A DNA stretch of 64,000 nt, taken from the NCBI RefSeq assembly GCF_026210795.1, contig NC_089434.1, positions 2,852,001 to 2,916,000 of the forward strand, given 5' to 3'. The first letter of the stretch is position 1; each line of letters begins with the position of its first letter. The stretch comes from Rhizophagus irregularis (Eukaryota). The translations under genes were made by a program, and so were the position numbers. Below the pieces are notes generated by a model. The model searched no databases. It was not told the origin of the DNA and worked only from the letters and a program-made list of their open reading frames with translations. Below, one piece after another: positions 13,803 to 28,545 of the stretch.

Positions 13803-15184
13803 TTTTGAGAGGGTTTAAAAAAAAAATTTTTTTTTTCTTTTTTTTTCGCAGGAGAAAATTTTTTGCATTTTTATAAGGTTTTTTTAGTTTTGATTTTTCA
13901 AAACTTTAAATATAATAAAAGACTAAAAGGCTTAATTGTTGTCATAATTAAATATTTTATCTGAAGTTATCTGCTTTAAATTATCTGATTTTTTTTTTCA
14001 AAAACTCATAAAATGTAATTTTTAATGATATTAAAGGTTAAATTAATAACTTTATTTACAAATTAGAATTTATCGAATTCTTTATTAATGACTGACTCAT
14101 CCTCTCTCATACAAAAAAATAAAAAAAAAAGTACAATCAAAAAAAAGAAACAAAAACAGAAACAAAAAAAGTTCCAAATCTTATAGTACATACAATCAAG
14201 AAATTTAATCTAAACTATAATGTATCTTTAACGGTTTGATTAAGTTTTAATTTGGTCAAATTAAAGGAATAACCATATTTTTTTTATTAAATGAGTGTTA
14301 ATTAGTACAACAAATGATAATTCTAATTCTTATTCTATTCCTTATTTTTTCATTATAAAATTATTAATCCATTTATTTTTATTTTTTTTCTTGTTTGTAA
14401 TCCCCCCTAAAGTTCCCGCCTATTTTTTACGTCTTTTTTTTTAAAGTTTTTGAACTAACCGATTATAATTTGCAAACAATTAATTAATTTTGTATTACAG
14501 AAGGAATAACGAACAACACATTCTTTACGGTACAATCAATTGAAATGATGTAACAATCAAATGACCTTATGTGTTCAAATTAAATTGTAAAATAAAAAGA
14601 AAAAAAAACAATTGTTAATTAACCCTAAAATAGGAAAACTAAACACATAAAAAAAAAATATATCTGTTTAATACAGATGTTTTCCGGTATGTTCCGTGAA
14701 TAATAATAATATTTCTAAATTAGGAAAATATCAATATATTTGATATTATTTACTTAAAATAATTTTTATTTGATAAATAAAATGATTTTAGTTGTATTAC
14801 AAGTTTTCTATTTTGATATTACAAGAACTCTAACTGACTCTAGACTCTAACCGTAAATAAAGAAATTAAAATAATTTGTGCTTGATAATCTGATAATTTA
14901 AGTCTTTTAGTTCTTTTTTCCCATATGAAACACAGATATTATTATACGGAGTGATGATCATGCCAAAAACTCATATATAATTATGACAATTAAATGACTA
15001 ATTGGAAAAATATCTGTTTATCTGTAACTGTTGTTTGTATTTGTGAAACGCAGCATCTGTAAACTTGATCAAATCGCAAAATTATTATTTAAAGCCAAAC
15101 TTATTCTTCCGAATTTATAACTCACAAGTCTCTTTTTTTCTACATTCTAAAAAAAAAAAATACAAACGGTTCTTACATATTAAT

Positions 15185-15835
15185 ATGGAACAAAGCAATA
15201 TTAACATCAACTATGAATCATTTCATAATGAAGTTCCCTATGATTCACAGAAAATTAAATTCAAGTCGGAAGAATACTCATCAAACAGTATCTTAAATCC
15301 TTCTCATGACTATTACAATTATAACAACCATCCTATAGTGAATGATAATATTGATACAACTAAAACCTACGAACAACAACCTATGTTCTCTTGTATAAAC
15401 GATCAACATTCTAGTAATCAATATCCTTTGATCACCTCATCTTTCACTCCGCAAGATGAACCAAGTTTGGATCAAAATTATTATGATATCAATGAACCAC
15501 GTGAATTCAATCAAATAAGTTATCAAGATGATCAATTTCAGTCTCCCAATATTCTAGATATCAATAATCCAATCGAATTCTATCCAACAAATCAAACTGC
15601 ATCCTTTAGATTTGAAATTCCAGGCTTCGAAATTATTATTATACCTACATCTTCAGATGTTATAAACAATACTCAAATTCATAATCAATATTATTATGGG
15701 CAAAATAATATATGTGATATTTCTCAATTTTATCAACATAATTCTTTTGATTCAGAAATGTTTAGTAATTTAAATCGAGATGTAATATCACGTAATTACG
15801 TAGATAGATTAGGTGGAAGTCATGAAGGATATTGA
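15185..15835 (+). CDS. Intronless N/Q/D-rich protein (216 aa) with an FEIPG motif, family B copy 2
   Basis: Probable start MEQSNIN; motif FRFEIPGFEIIIIPT embedded in low-complexity sequence. Confidence 0.7.
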   Translation: MEQSNININYESFHNEVPYDSQKIKFKSEEYSSNSILNPSHDYYNYNNHPIVNDNIDTTKTYEQQPMFSCINDQHSSNQYPLITSSFTPQDEPSLDQNYYDINEPREFNQISYQDDQFQSPNILDINNPIEFYPTNQTASFRFEIPGFEIIIIPTSSDVINNTQIHNQYYYGQNNICDISQFYQHNSFDSEMFSNLNRDVISRNYVDRLGGSHEGY

Positions 15836-18831
15836 ATATCCTCAACGTAATTATCATTTTTTTTTTTTAATATTTGTACTTTTAGTAACATTAAAATTAA
15901 TTTTTTTTCTCAATATGATTAAATAACATTTATAAAAAATTATTCTAACGTATCAATGTTGGACATTTAAATAAAATATATTGAGAATAAATATATACGG
16001 TGTATCATTTGTTTTATTAATTTCGTTTGCCTCATGCCTTATATCGCGTTGTTAATATTCTACAATAAACATGGAATATTAAATAATTACGTTTGCATTT
16101 TGTTAGAAATATACAGTAAAATCATTGCCAAATAATAATATATGAGGTAAAAAGCTGATTTGAGATAGTAAACCCGAAATTTGCATTAAAAGTTAAAATA
16201 AAAGGAATAACAAACCTAAGTTATTTCCAAAATTAAGTGGGAAGTTGAAATCATTAACCAAGCAAAGCATGTAATCCCGTTTCTATTAATGGCTAACGTT
16301 TATCACAATACTTTATTTGAAGCGATACTACACCCAGTATTAATTTCTAACTCTTTACAAAATAAATCGTAAAATGACTTTAGATTGCGCATAATTATAT
16401 GGCTAAGCTTTCTCAGATCCTTTTCCAGATATTAAAATTATCCAATAACATGATTGTACCGGATGTAATCATATATTACATCAATATTCTTTTTATGTTG
16501 CTAAATTGAAACCTTATTAGTTTATGTGTGTGATTTTATAGATATTATACTTGATTATTGCTGTGAACACTGATAGTAGAAGCTGACTTATTCGTCTGTC
16601 ATTGCGAAAGAATATCAGTGACGTCTATCCTTATATACGTGACTATGAAACGTTATTTACTAAGAATAGTGTTGCCGTCTGTCAGTTCACCTATATGCAT
16701 GATACAATTGACATTAATAATTGGTATTCTCTTTATAGTGTGGCTATTGTCCTACAACCATGCATGTAATCTCTCATTCTACATTGTGATATTGTTATTT
16801 GCAGATGCGTAACGATAATACTATCTAGATCTCAATCTGTGCGTGATGTGATAATCAACTTAATTTTGATGCTCAGGAGGTTATCGTATTGAATGCAATA
16901 TGTTTTATTTTCTCACTTTTATACTGTAATATAATATATTATATCACTAAATGTTAAAAATTACTTATTATGTTCAGTTTGTACCGCATTTACGGAGACG
17001 GACTATACATGTCTAAGGTAATTTGGCTTTACTGACGATTTTTTCACGTTTAGATGGCAACTAATTGTTGAAGTAATTTTTACTGTCATAAAATAATATT
17101 ATATAAATATAATATTGTTAACTACTAACATTCCTAACTGTGTATTTTTTATTTGCATACAATCAATACAATTTGCCGTCCCGGAATTGATCGATGTAAA
17201 CCCTGAGATGTGATGTAATATAGTTCTGTTTTCTTTATATATAGATGCAATTTGTAAATAATAATTAATTCTAATCATACTAATTACAATTATGTTAATT
17301 ATGTTTTGATATTAACGTTTTTTTTACTTGATTTCTCTATGCTTTTATATAAAAAAGAAAAAAAAAAACTTCATAAAAGTAATAATAACAACAATAAATT
17401 AAATATAAATCTACTTTTTCAGCAAAATTTATTAAAAGCATATAGCATATGATCTAAATGTAAAAAAAAAAGAACAATGTTATGTGGCCTTAAAAATAAC
17501 TTTTTTGATGAAATTTAAGTGTAAACATTACCAACTAAAATATTTAAATTTTTTGAGGAGTTAGTGCGTACTATTGCGTTTCTTTAATGCGGTCATGATA
17601 TTTAATAATTTTCTGTACAATTTAACAATTTGTCTTGTAAATTAACAACTTTTTGTTTTATTTATTTAATTACTTGGTACAATTCGTATTCTTTGAATTA
17701 TCTTCATTTTTTGGAATGGTAGATCAATCTTTGCTTGAAAGAAAAGCTTATTGTAAGTAATATAAGACATAATGGATAAGCGCACCTTTTTATTTAGCTG
17801 GCGATGCATTTACAGATTCGCTGAAAATTAATTCATAGAATGTTACCGTAGACCTGCAGGAGAATTTTGGGTAAATCTTTTTTTTTGGTTGTCCATTACA
17901 TTCTGAATTTGATAAGGTTGAAGGAATTTAAAATGTGAATAGAAAGAAATAGGGAATAATAGTAATAGAAGAGATACATAATTTTACCTCTTTATGAAGT
18001 TTCAATTATCTAAAAAAAAATAATGTTCATCACAGGGTCACATAAATTCCATTTCTGCTTATCTAACAAATATATACGGATCATTATAAAGTAGCAATTT
18101 TGTAAGTTTTTTTGCAAATTTTATGAGTTTTAGATTGGTCAAAAACAAATTGTGTTTCATTTTATAAAAGAAACTACGTGCATTTTTTATATTTTGTAAT
18201 TTACAATTTCATAACTGAAATTATATTATTCAAGCTTTTAATCAAGACAATTAATTAATTATAATATTTAAACTTGTCCTAAAATACATGGAAGTTTCTA
18301 TACTAATTACAAGATTTTGATCGGTTTTTCAAAAGGGCTCTTTCAGTCTTTCTCGGTATCCGCTCTAACCAATAATCCAACAAATTTTTGTCGTAATTCA
18401 GCTTAATATATAATATAAATAAAAATATCAGTTTTATAACTTTTTAATTCGCGAATATTCTAATCTCTTTTCGGTGTGTCATCTTTGACGTCGAATGACA
18501 ATAAAAAAAAAATGTCCGATTTAAAATGGAAAAGCTATCTCAATTTCAATGTTTTAATCTTCGGTAAAATGGATCTAATAAATAAATAGATAAATAAATA
18601 AAAATTACATAATTATTCCCGTTATTTTTAGCTTTGGTTCAACAACAGACAAATCGGTCAAAAATCAACTTCATGATGCAAAGGGCTCGTGATAATTCAC
18701 ATTTACTGTAATTCAAATAGTGAAAATCTGGTACAATTTGAGATTGATGTATTATTTATAGAATCTGAAACGAAGATAATTAATTTTCTTTTTTTATGGC
18801 GTGCACGACAAACAGATGATTTTGACAGATA

Positions 18832-18901
18832 AACAGATATCTTTGACAGATAAACAAATGATTTTACGGATGATTTTGACACAGACAGATAATTTTAACA
18901 G
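18832..18901. repeat. Cluster of ACAGAT-containing short repeats
   Basis: acagatgattttgacagataaacagatatctttgacagataaacaaatgattttacggatgattttgacacagacagataattttaacag. Confidence 0.65.
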
Positions 18902-19775
18902 AAAATTTTAAGTTCTATTGTTTTTATTTATTTATCATAGTAATACATACATCTATAGAATAATCCATTCCGGTATTTTTTGTAGCCGGTAAGTAATAAA
19001 CCTTCCTAGTTTTTTTTTTAAAAAAAAAAAAGTGCAGATCTCAGCTTTTTAGTCACGATTTTTAATTGGTCTTGTTGACGTTAACGTTTTAACTTCCGAA
19101 CGGCGTATCTCTTGTCCACTTGAATCTGTAAAGACAGAAATTTTGAATGCTTTGAAAAACAAGAATGTTTCAAAAACCAATTTGTTTTGGTGAAATCAAA
19201 AAGCAGAATGGTAATGTTAATGGATAATGTGAACGTGATATCCTATTTTCATGATTATTTCGAAAAAAAAGAAGTTTTTCTTGCGAAAAACGTATTTATT
19301 TTTTTTATTTAAAATGATGTACTGTACTTCCTAATCTCATAGAGTATAAACCGCTAGAAATACCACTACCCAATCTTTGAACTTATGCGTAATCAGATCT
19401 CAAACACCAACACTTAGAACTATCAGAAGAGGTGGTGGAATCTCAAATGAGTTCGATACATAATCAAAATCAGATTGGAAGTCGTCCCTATTTCGCCGTG
19501 ATTATTTCTGTTAAATCACAAGATTATACCACTATAATCAATGCCAATCAAACAAACCTAATAAAATCAAATAAATTATCATCGATATTTTTTTTAATCT
19601 AAACTTATAAGTAAATAATGTGGAAATTATGAATTCTTTTTTCCTTCAATATACGATCAATCCTTTATAAAATATAAATGTAACCCCATATACATAATTT
19701 TCAAAATAAAGCATTTAAAGAGAGAAGGTACGCGGGGATTGGAAAACACACGTATAAAGCTCGGGGTTGAATTAA

Positions 19776-19817
19776 AGGGTGAATTATAAAGGGTGCATTT
19801 ATAGAGAGCTAACTGGA
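19776..19817. mobile_element. Solo TIR remnant related to the element at 42862-52870
   Basis: ttataaagggtgcatttatagagagctaactg matches the reverse complement of cagtcaactctctataaat..caccct.tataa. Confidence 0.5.
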
Positions 19818-20086
19818 ATATATTTTAAAAAAAATATGCACGTAAAAATGGCTCTTGTAAAAAAAAGAATATTCTGGTTGGAATTATGTAATTCGAGATG
19901 ATGCCCCGGAAAGTTTGAACCTTAATGATATTATGAAATAAACAAAATTAATTTAAATTGATTTATTTAAAAATATGAATTTAGGTACAATATTTTAATA
20001 AATTAAACACTGTATATATAGTATATATATAAAATAATTACAACGAAAAAGAAAAAAAAATATATATACGTCAAATAAACTAAACA

Positions 20087-21174
20087 TTAAGTCCTGTGGT
20101 GATTTAGGTTCATGATTCGATAAGCATCAAATAAGTTTGACTCCAGATTTGTTGCTGATTGATAGTTTTCCTGATATATTTCTGTTTGTTGATAGTTTGT
20201 TATCGGTTGAAAGTTGGTAGCGGAGGTTGAGGAACCTTGGTCGATAAAGTTTGTTGGGGCGATGATGCCAGTATAGGGCATAGTAAAGGCACCACAATCC
20301 GTGGTATTCATCGGTACTGGTTGTGATGAGGAGCTCGTGGATGCGGAGGTTGAGGAACCTTGGTCGATGATCATATTACTTTCGTCGACCAGTTCGACCG
20401 AAGATGAAGACACTACCCCAATGTATAGCTTCTTTCGACAACCTGAAATCCTAGAAAGTAAAAAAACATTTTTAAGTTACTTATTAAATATATTATATTA
20501 CGTACTAATACATAATTAAATAAAATTATGAATACTTTGTTAATGCTTTAATATTCCAACCCTTCGCCGGTATATCGGCTACTACGAGAACTGATGTCGA
20601 ATCACAACGAAAAAATACCCAGTTTCGATTTTTCAACCATGGAAAAGCCGCTTCAATTACACTCTTTATTCCATTGCTTGAATCTTCGCTGAATTGTATT
20701 GAATTCATAATACCCTTCTTTTTAAATTTTTTAATACTAAGAAAAAAAAATAATTTAACAATATTAACAAAGAAAATAAAAATAAGAATAAAAAATAAAA
20801 TAAAATAAAAATACAAATTACCCTCTCGGTATTTTTGGCTTAGGTCCTACATTAAATAAATTAATCACATTAAAAACATTTTTGCGATCAACTCGTACTC
20901 GTGTATTTAATTCTTCAACATTAATCTCAAAATTTTCAACATTGAGTTCATCGGGTTCTTGTGCGGCAATGGAGGATTGAATTGATGTGGGTATAGAAGT
21001 TCTATTCGTGGAATCAAAATGTTGTGATGGAGGTTCATGATAATTTCTATCATGACCGCAACATGCACATAAATATTTTCCATTTTCAGTAGCGCGAAAC
21101 ATAAAACATTTACATTGAAGTCCACTCGTGGAATTTTTAGGGTCAAGATATTGATGACACTTCCCAAAGTTCAT
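20087..21174 (-). CDS. Uncharacterised 3-exon gene, family A copy 3, with a Ser/Thr/Gln-rich C-terminal tail; exons 21174-20822, 20736-20536, 20450-20087
   Basis: N-terminus GKC-x14-CKC-x12-CACCGHDRNYHE; exon 2 (201 nt, same length as copy 2) ...IKSVIEAAFPWLKNRNWVFFRC...GWNIKALT; exon 3 ISGCRKKLYIG. Confidence 0.85.
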
Positions 21175-22683
21175 TATTTTCGTATTTTGGGAAAATTTTA
21201 ATTAAATTCCTCCTCTTTTTATACATAATGTGAAGGTAACCTTGGGTAAAAAAAGATGGGATATGTGTATCTGTTATCTGCTCAGTTCGAATCGATTTGC
21301 TTAATGAAATGTAAATAAAAAATAGATGTTTACTACTTTTTTTTTTGGTTATTTTTTTAAAAAATCACAATATAAAATTAATTAATCAAGGGAAAAAAGG
21401 GAAAAAGCAATAAATTCATACTTTTATCTGATTTTATATCTGTAATTAATGGCGTACAAAGTCGTACAAAACCGTTAACTTCTGTGTTAAGCAAACCTAT
21501 CGGTTGCCTATTCCACTGAAATTGTCAAGAACTAATAGTTTGAACAAATTTGTTACTGAACAGAATATCTGTAAATTGGGCGCTCCAGACATGTTTTGTA
21601 TAGCAAAAAGTTTTGATATGTTTTAACACTTAATATCTGTTAGAAATCGAGTCTAGATAAATTTTAGTGGTTAAAAAAATATGTGCATTATAGTGGTTAA
21701 AAAATATGTGCACAAGATTCCTAATTTATAGTTAGGCAATTTAAAAGGAATTATCACAATTTCTTTTTTTAAATCACTTCAATGTGGCGACTGTGGCGTA
21801 TTCTCTTACTGTGCCACATTGACTTCTTTTTCTGAGTTTAACTATAAATTCAGAAAATCTACATTTATGTTTTTACATGCATTATTGTACATGCGGTTCA
21901 AGATTAATTTTATATCATTATATTAGTTAGTTTATTTTAAATTCATGATGCTAATAATTATCATGTTAACGTGTAACCACGCTCTTTGATAATTGATATA
22001 TTGAATAAGGAAATTTATGGAATTGATTTCAATGTAAACGACCTGAGAGTCTGAGACAAACACACATTAATCAAAAGATTTATTGAAAGTTTTGTTACTT
22101 AAAAATAATAATATGACTTTTCGCTTTGTTTATTTGTTTGTTTATTTTTATTTTTTCATTATTTTTCAAAAAAAAAAGATATCTAATAAAATAATACTAA
22201 CAATAGGCCTACCCAAAGTAGAATATGTGTGTGCAAACATTTCTAACCTCAAAGAAATACTTAGAATTGAAATATTAATATATAATATCCATTAGAGTGG
22301 ATTTCAGCTCTAAGAAAGCTATCGAGTTTTAGTTTGATGTAATAATTCTTTTGGTTGTCAGACATGTTATCCAACAAAATCTACATATAACCAATTGAAC
22401 TCGGAAGCTACGAAAAAAAAAGAAAATAGCACAAGACATTTTAAGTCTTGTTTAGGGCATATTCTAAAAAATTAAACACAAAAGAAAGAACCTAAGAAAA
22501 TCTACATGAAACCTCTTTGTTTTCATGAGGCCTCCAGAGATAAATTCTCCGAACATTTTATCGATCATTTTATCAATCATATCTAGCTTATTGGCTTTTT
22601 CATGATATCTTGCGGGCACATCAAGGAACCAATTTCTATTATTTCTATCCATTTAAAATAATGAGCATGGTTCGATAATAATA

Positions 22684-25600
22684 CTAAGATATTTGCATAA
22701 GATCTTCAATTTCGCTACCTCTATATTTAGCTAAGTAATAAATATTAATAAAAGAATGATCCCCGCCTTGGGATCTAACAACACCTTCTAAATTATCAAT
22801 AGCCGCCAAAAAACCAAGTTCTCCTTTATGTTCCCCAAATATAACTTTTATATCATCTCTTCTTTGTACTTCAGTGGGTTTTAAATATTTTTGTTCTACT
22901 GATATAGTCATACCATCACTATCATCCAATTTAATAAATCCTGAATTAGGCCTATCTACTCTTACTACTACTCCAACACGGCTATCATATCTACCATTTT
23001 CAAATGATTGTATACCATCTATTGGTACTATACGTACTTCTATACCTGGTGTGAGCCATTCTCCAAAATCTATTTAAATATTTTAAAAAACGTGTTATTA
23101 AAATGATGATATGGTATATGTGCATAAAATACATTTATTCTTACCTTTAACATCTGGAGGTTTCTTAGGATCTCGACCGGGATGTACAGCATGATTGGCA
23201 GAATGTTGAGTAGCAAATGGAGTTTGTGGTATCATATTTGCGGGTGTCATAGGTATATTACCAGGAGTAAATGGTCTTGGAGTAGGTGGCATAAGATTAC
23301 CAGTATTCGCAGGTGTAAATACAGGAGGATAATTTGGTGCATCTGCCGCTGGTGTAGCTACAGTTGAATATCCCCCAGGAGTTTCAACAGTAGTCATATT
23401 CATCGCTGAATTTGCAGCATTCGTAGTTGAATTACCACCACTACCAAATATGTTACTTATATTATTAACGCTATTATTACCACTAGTACTACTACCACTT
23501 CCTACTATACCAGAAGAATGTGGTGTATGACTTCCTGAATCCCATGCTGGCGTTTTACTACCATCTCTACCATCCGACATTATTCCATATGCTGGAGTTT
23601 TACTACCAAGATCCCATGCTGGAGTCTTCGAGCCAAGTGAAGCACTGCTATTACCATTATTCGCACTGCTATTACGTAACGCCGGAGTTTTACTACCACT
23701 TAGTGATCCACTGCTATGTAATAATGCTGGTGTTTTACTACCTTCCATGTTTAGTCCACTATTCGTATTATCCAACAAATGTGAATTTGGCGTCATGGCG
23801 GATCCCAATGAATATCCCCAACTCTTTTGTTGTTTACTCAATCCTGTTGTCCAACTTGGTTCAGAATATGATCCCAATCCAGGACTCATATCCATAGAAT
23901 TTCTACTTGATTCATGATTTCTCGGTAAAACCGGGTCTAAAGCCTCTCCCTTTTCACTATTAACATAAGATAGGTTAATATACAGCAACCACTATTTCTT
24001 TTTTTTTTTCATGTTATAAGCAGTACTTACTTGACATAAAATAGTTGTCCAAGTTCTACCTTTATAGTCGTCAATTTAGCATCAAATTCAACATCTGCCA
24101 TATTACCATAAACTCCTTTAACTGTGCCCTGATATCCTTTAAGTGCTCCTTGTGAAGCTTGTACTCTTTTATTTAATAGAGGATTTTGATACATTTGTCG
24201 GCCACGTCCTCTACCTCGATCCCTTCCACGACCTCCTCTGTTGTAATTATTACTACTACGAGATCTTTGCCCGGGAATGTTAATTAGTGGATCATTAATT
24301 CTATTGGAGGTCTGGGATGGGGGAAAATTATTATTAGATATTATTGTTTTCAAAAAAATAAAAAATAAAAAATAAATAAATATATGTCATATTACTCTCG
24401 CGGATTCATATTTTAATTTTAAGTCTTTGGCTTTAAAACATGAAAACCCTAGATTTGTATCATCATCATAAGTTCTAACAAATACATTACTATCATATAT
24501 ACGAAAAACTTCATATATTGATTGCTGTTATATGAGGAAAAAGAATAAAGTAAATATTTGTTTTAGCAAATAATATTGCATTATTAACACAGATATCTAA
24601 TAAAATCAAATGATTTCTTTTCTTACTTGTTTATTATTAATACTTTCAAATTTAGTCGTAGTGACTTGGTCACTTTTCTTAAAAGCTTGGGATTTAGTAT
24701 CAATCAAAGTTCTCTTTATTCTTGCTGATGTAACATTTTTTATTAAATTATTTTCAGTATTCAACACATCGTATTCATAATTTTTTTGAGCTTTTCTAAT
24801 ATCAATAATGATTCCAATTGAAGAATCTTTTAATAGAATTAAATCAAAATATCTAAATCCTCCAAATTCATTATTAATTGAATTTTGAACACATTTTTTT
24901 AAATCTTTGGCAAAGACAGATATCTATTACAATTATTGTAAAAAATGAATAAATATTAAATCTTAATTTTATATAAGAGTTATAATGCAAATATAAAATA
25001 AATTTACCTGTTTATTGGTATGATCTAAATACATGGTCATAACATGTCTATCACAATTAAAAACAAAACCACTCTGTCCTTGATAAGGACCATTCGTAAT
25101 TTGTACATAATCATGGACATTAATATTTTTAACACATTCCTCTGAATTAACTTTAAAAACTTTACTGCTATTATCTTTATCAGTGGCCGTTAAAACACCA
25201 TCGTTAGCGGACGTCACAGTACCGACAGAACCTTTAAGAGATCCTTGAAGAACTTTTATTTCATCTTGTATTTCATAGACAGTAATTTTACTAGCTACGT
25301 TTGAAAGTTCCATCATAATTGTTTCTATATAATATAAAAAGAAAAATTAGTAATTCAAACAATATCTGTTTATGTATTTTACTAATTACCATTATCAAAT
25401 TTCGCCTTCAAAAAGTCTTCTACGTCCTGTAATAACAAATCCATATTTGAATAAACCAAATCTTTAATCTTATATTTGACTTTCAAGTAACCTCTGTTAT
25501 ATGTTTTTATATATGTATCTGTCTCTTTGCGTTTACGCTTAAGTGAGGCACCGTCTTGATCTACAAGTATACGAGGGATGATCTCAACTTCTATTAATTC

Positions 25601-26925
25601 ATCGGCAGTATATGAAGTGACCTAAAATAATAATTTATATAATTACATTTCAAAGCAGAATACAAAATAATGATAATAATAATAATAATATGAATATGAA
25701 TATTTACCCGAGCCAGGTCTCCAAAATATTCATCACGTTTGTTAATCCTTACGAATGAACCCATTTGAATATTTAATCTTGGCCTCTTTGGAGCCATTAA
25801 ATCTTGTTTTTCCTTTGGACTAAGCCTTTTTATGAATTTCTTTGAAGAATATAAATACTTATTACACCTCATAGCAGCCTGTATTATTGTGTAAAAAGTT
25901 ATGATTTTAATAAACGTTAATTTTAACGTTTGAGAGCAATTCATGAAATAATTATTACTTACATTTTGAACGTCTTGTTCTTTATCAGCTTCTATATATA
26001 CAAAATCTTCAATACCATCAATGGCAATAACTTTTTTAATTCTCAATGGATCAGATCGAAGTTTCTTCAAATTTTCTAATTTTTCAATTGCATGGTATAC
26101 ATGTCCTTTCTATATTAAATAAAAAAAAAAAATTTTCGTTAATTTTTTATTAAAAAGTTCCAAAAAAAAAATTACTATGAATACTTACTCTACACTTTAC
26201 AGCAAATAACTTATCAACACTAGCAAGTTCTGGTTTACTTAAATCATCATCATCATCACTTAATCTACCAGCAGTACTACGATAACGTTCATTTAGTACT
26301 TGAGCAACTCTCTCAGCATCAAAATTATCTTCTGCAAATACTGATCGCTCAATATGTATATCAGCAAGCCTAGTAGAATCTCGATGATAAGCACTCAATT
26401 CAGTCTCAATCTCTCTGTTATCAATAAAATCTAAATAACAAAAATTAACTCGCATTAATCAATCAATTGATAAGAGTAAAATGATTATGATACTGGTAAA
26501 TAGAATTAATCACCTTCTCTACCGTAAATCGCGTCTTCATCGTCATCTTCTTCTTCCTCTTCATCATCTACATCGGCTTCATTTAAAATGAATTTGCTTG
26601 GGTCATTCTTATTACCCTTATGACGTTTTTTATCTCGCTATTTGTAATAAACAAAGAAAAAAGCATTAAAAAACTAGATCTGTTAGAACATTAGCGCAAA
26701 ATGCCATAATAGATTACTGCATACCCTTTTATTATCTTCATAATCATCGTCTTCATCTTCTTCTTGCACTTCAGATTCTTGTTCATAATCCTCGTAGTCA
26801 TCGTAATCTTCATTTTGTTGGTCTTGTGTTGCTTCTTCACCTTCTTCACCAGCACTCCAGCCTCCATCAGTTTCATTAAGACGACTTTCGTCGTCATCAG
26901 AAAGATTTTGCTTTCTTTTTGACAT
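22684..26925 (-). CDS. SPT5: Transcription elongation factor Spt5-like protein, multi-exon (about 11-12 exons)
   Basis: Acidic N-terminus with FILNEADVDDEEE; NGN domain (LFAVKC...FVYIEA); KOW motifs (GDLARV, GPYQGQSGFV, GALKGYQGTVK, GEHKGELG); C-terminal repeats GSKTPA(W/Y/L). Confidence 0.9.
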
Positions 26926-27358
26926 TTCTTTTTTTTTAACACAAAAAGGTAAAGAAGCTTCTATAGATCTTGGTGCGTATTATATTAAAAGGAAGGACAA
27001 TATTAAAGAATTTGTGTTGAAAAGTGCCTTTTTTTATATATTTTTAAAAGTGTGGCTCTTTAACAACGGTCACGAGTAAAATTGCTGACTAATCCGGAAT
27101 TACCATATTTGATTAATTTGATCACGTTATTGTGGCAACTACGGTGGCGTAGAAGTAAAAGTAAGTTACACCCGGAAATGCAAATGATCGGATCGACTTG
27201 AACGAACACAATGACTCGACAAAAAGAAACGAAAGTTAAAATTACGCATCATAAAAAGTATCTAAAGTCAATAGACTTATTAGACTATCCTTTTTATTCA
27301 TTTATTATTATTATTGTTATTATTTTCTTATTAATATCACTTCAGTTCTCACTATATT

Positions 27359-28545
<1,187 letters not shown>

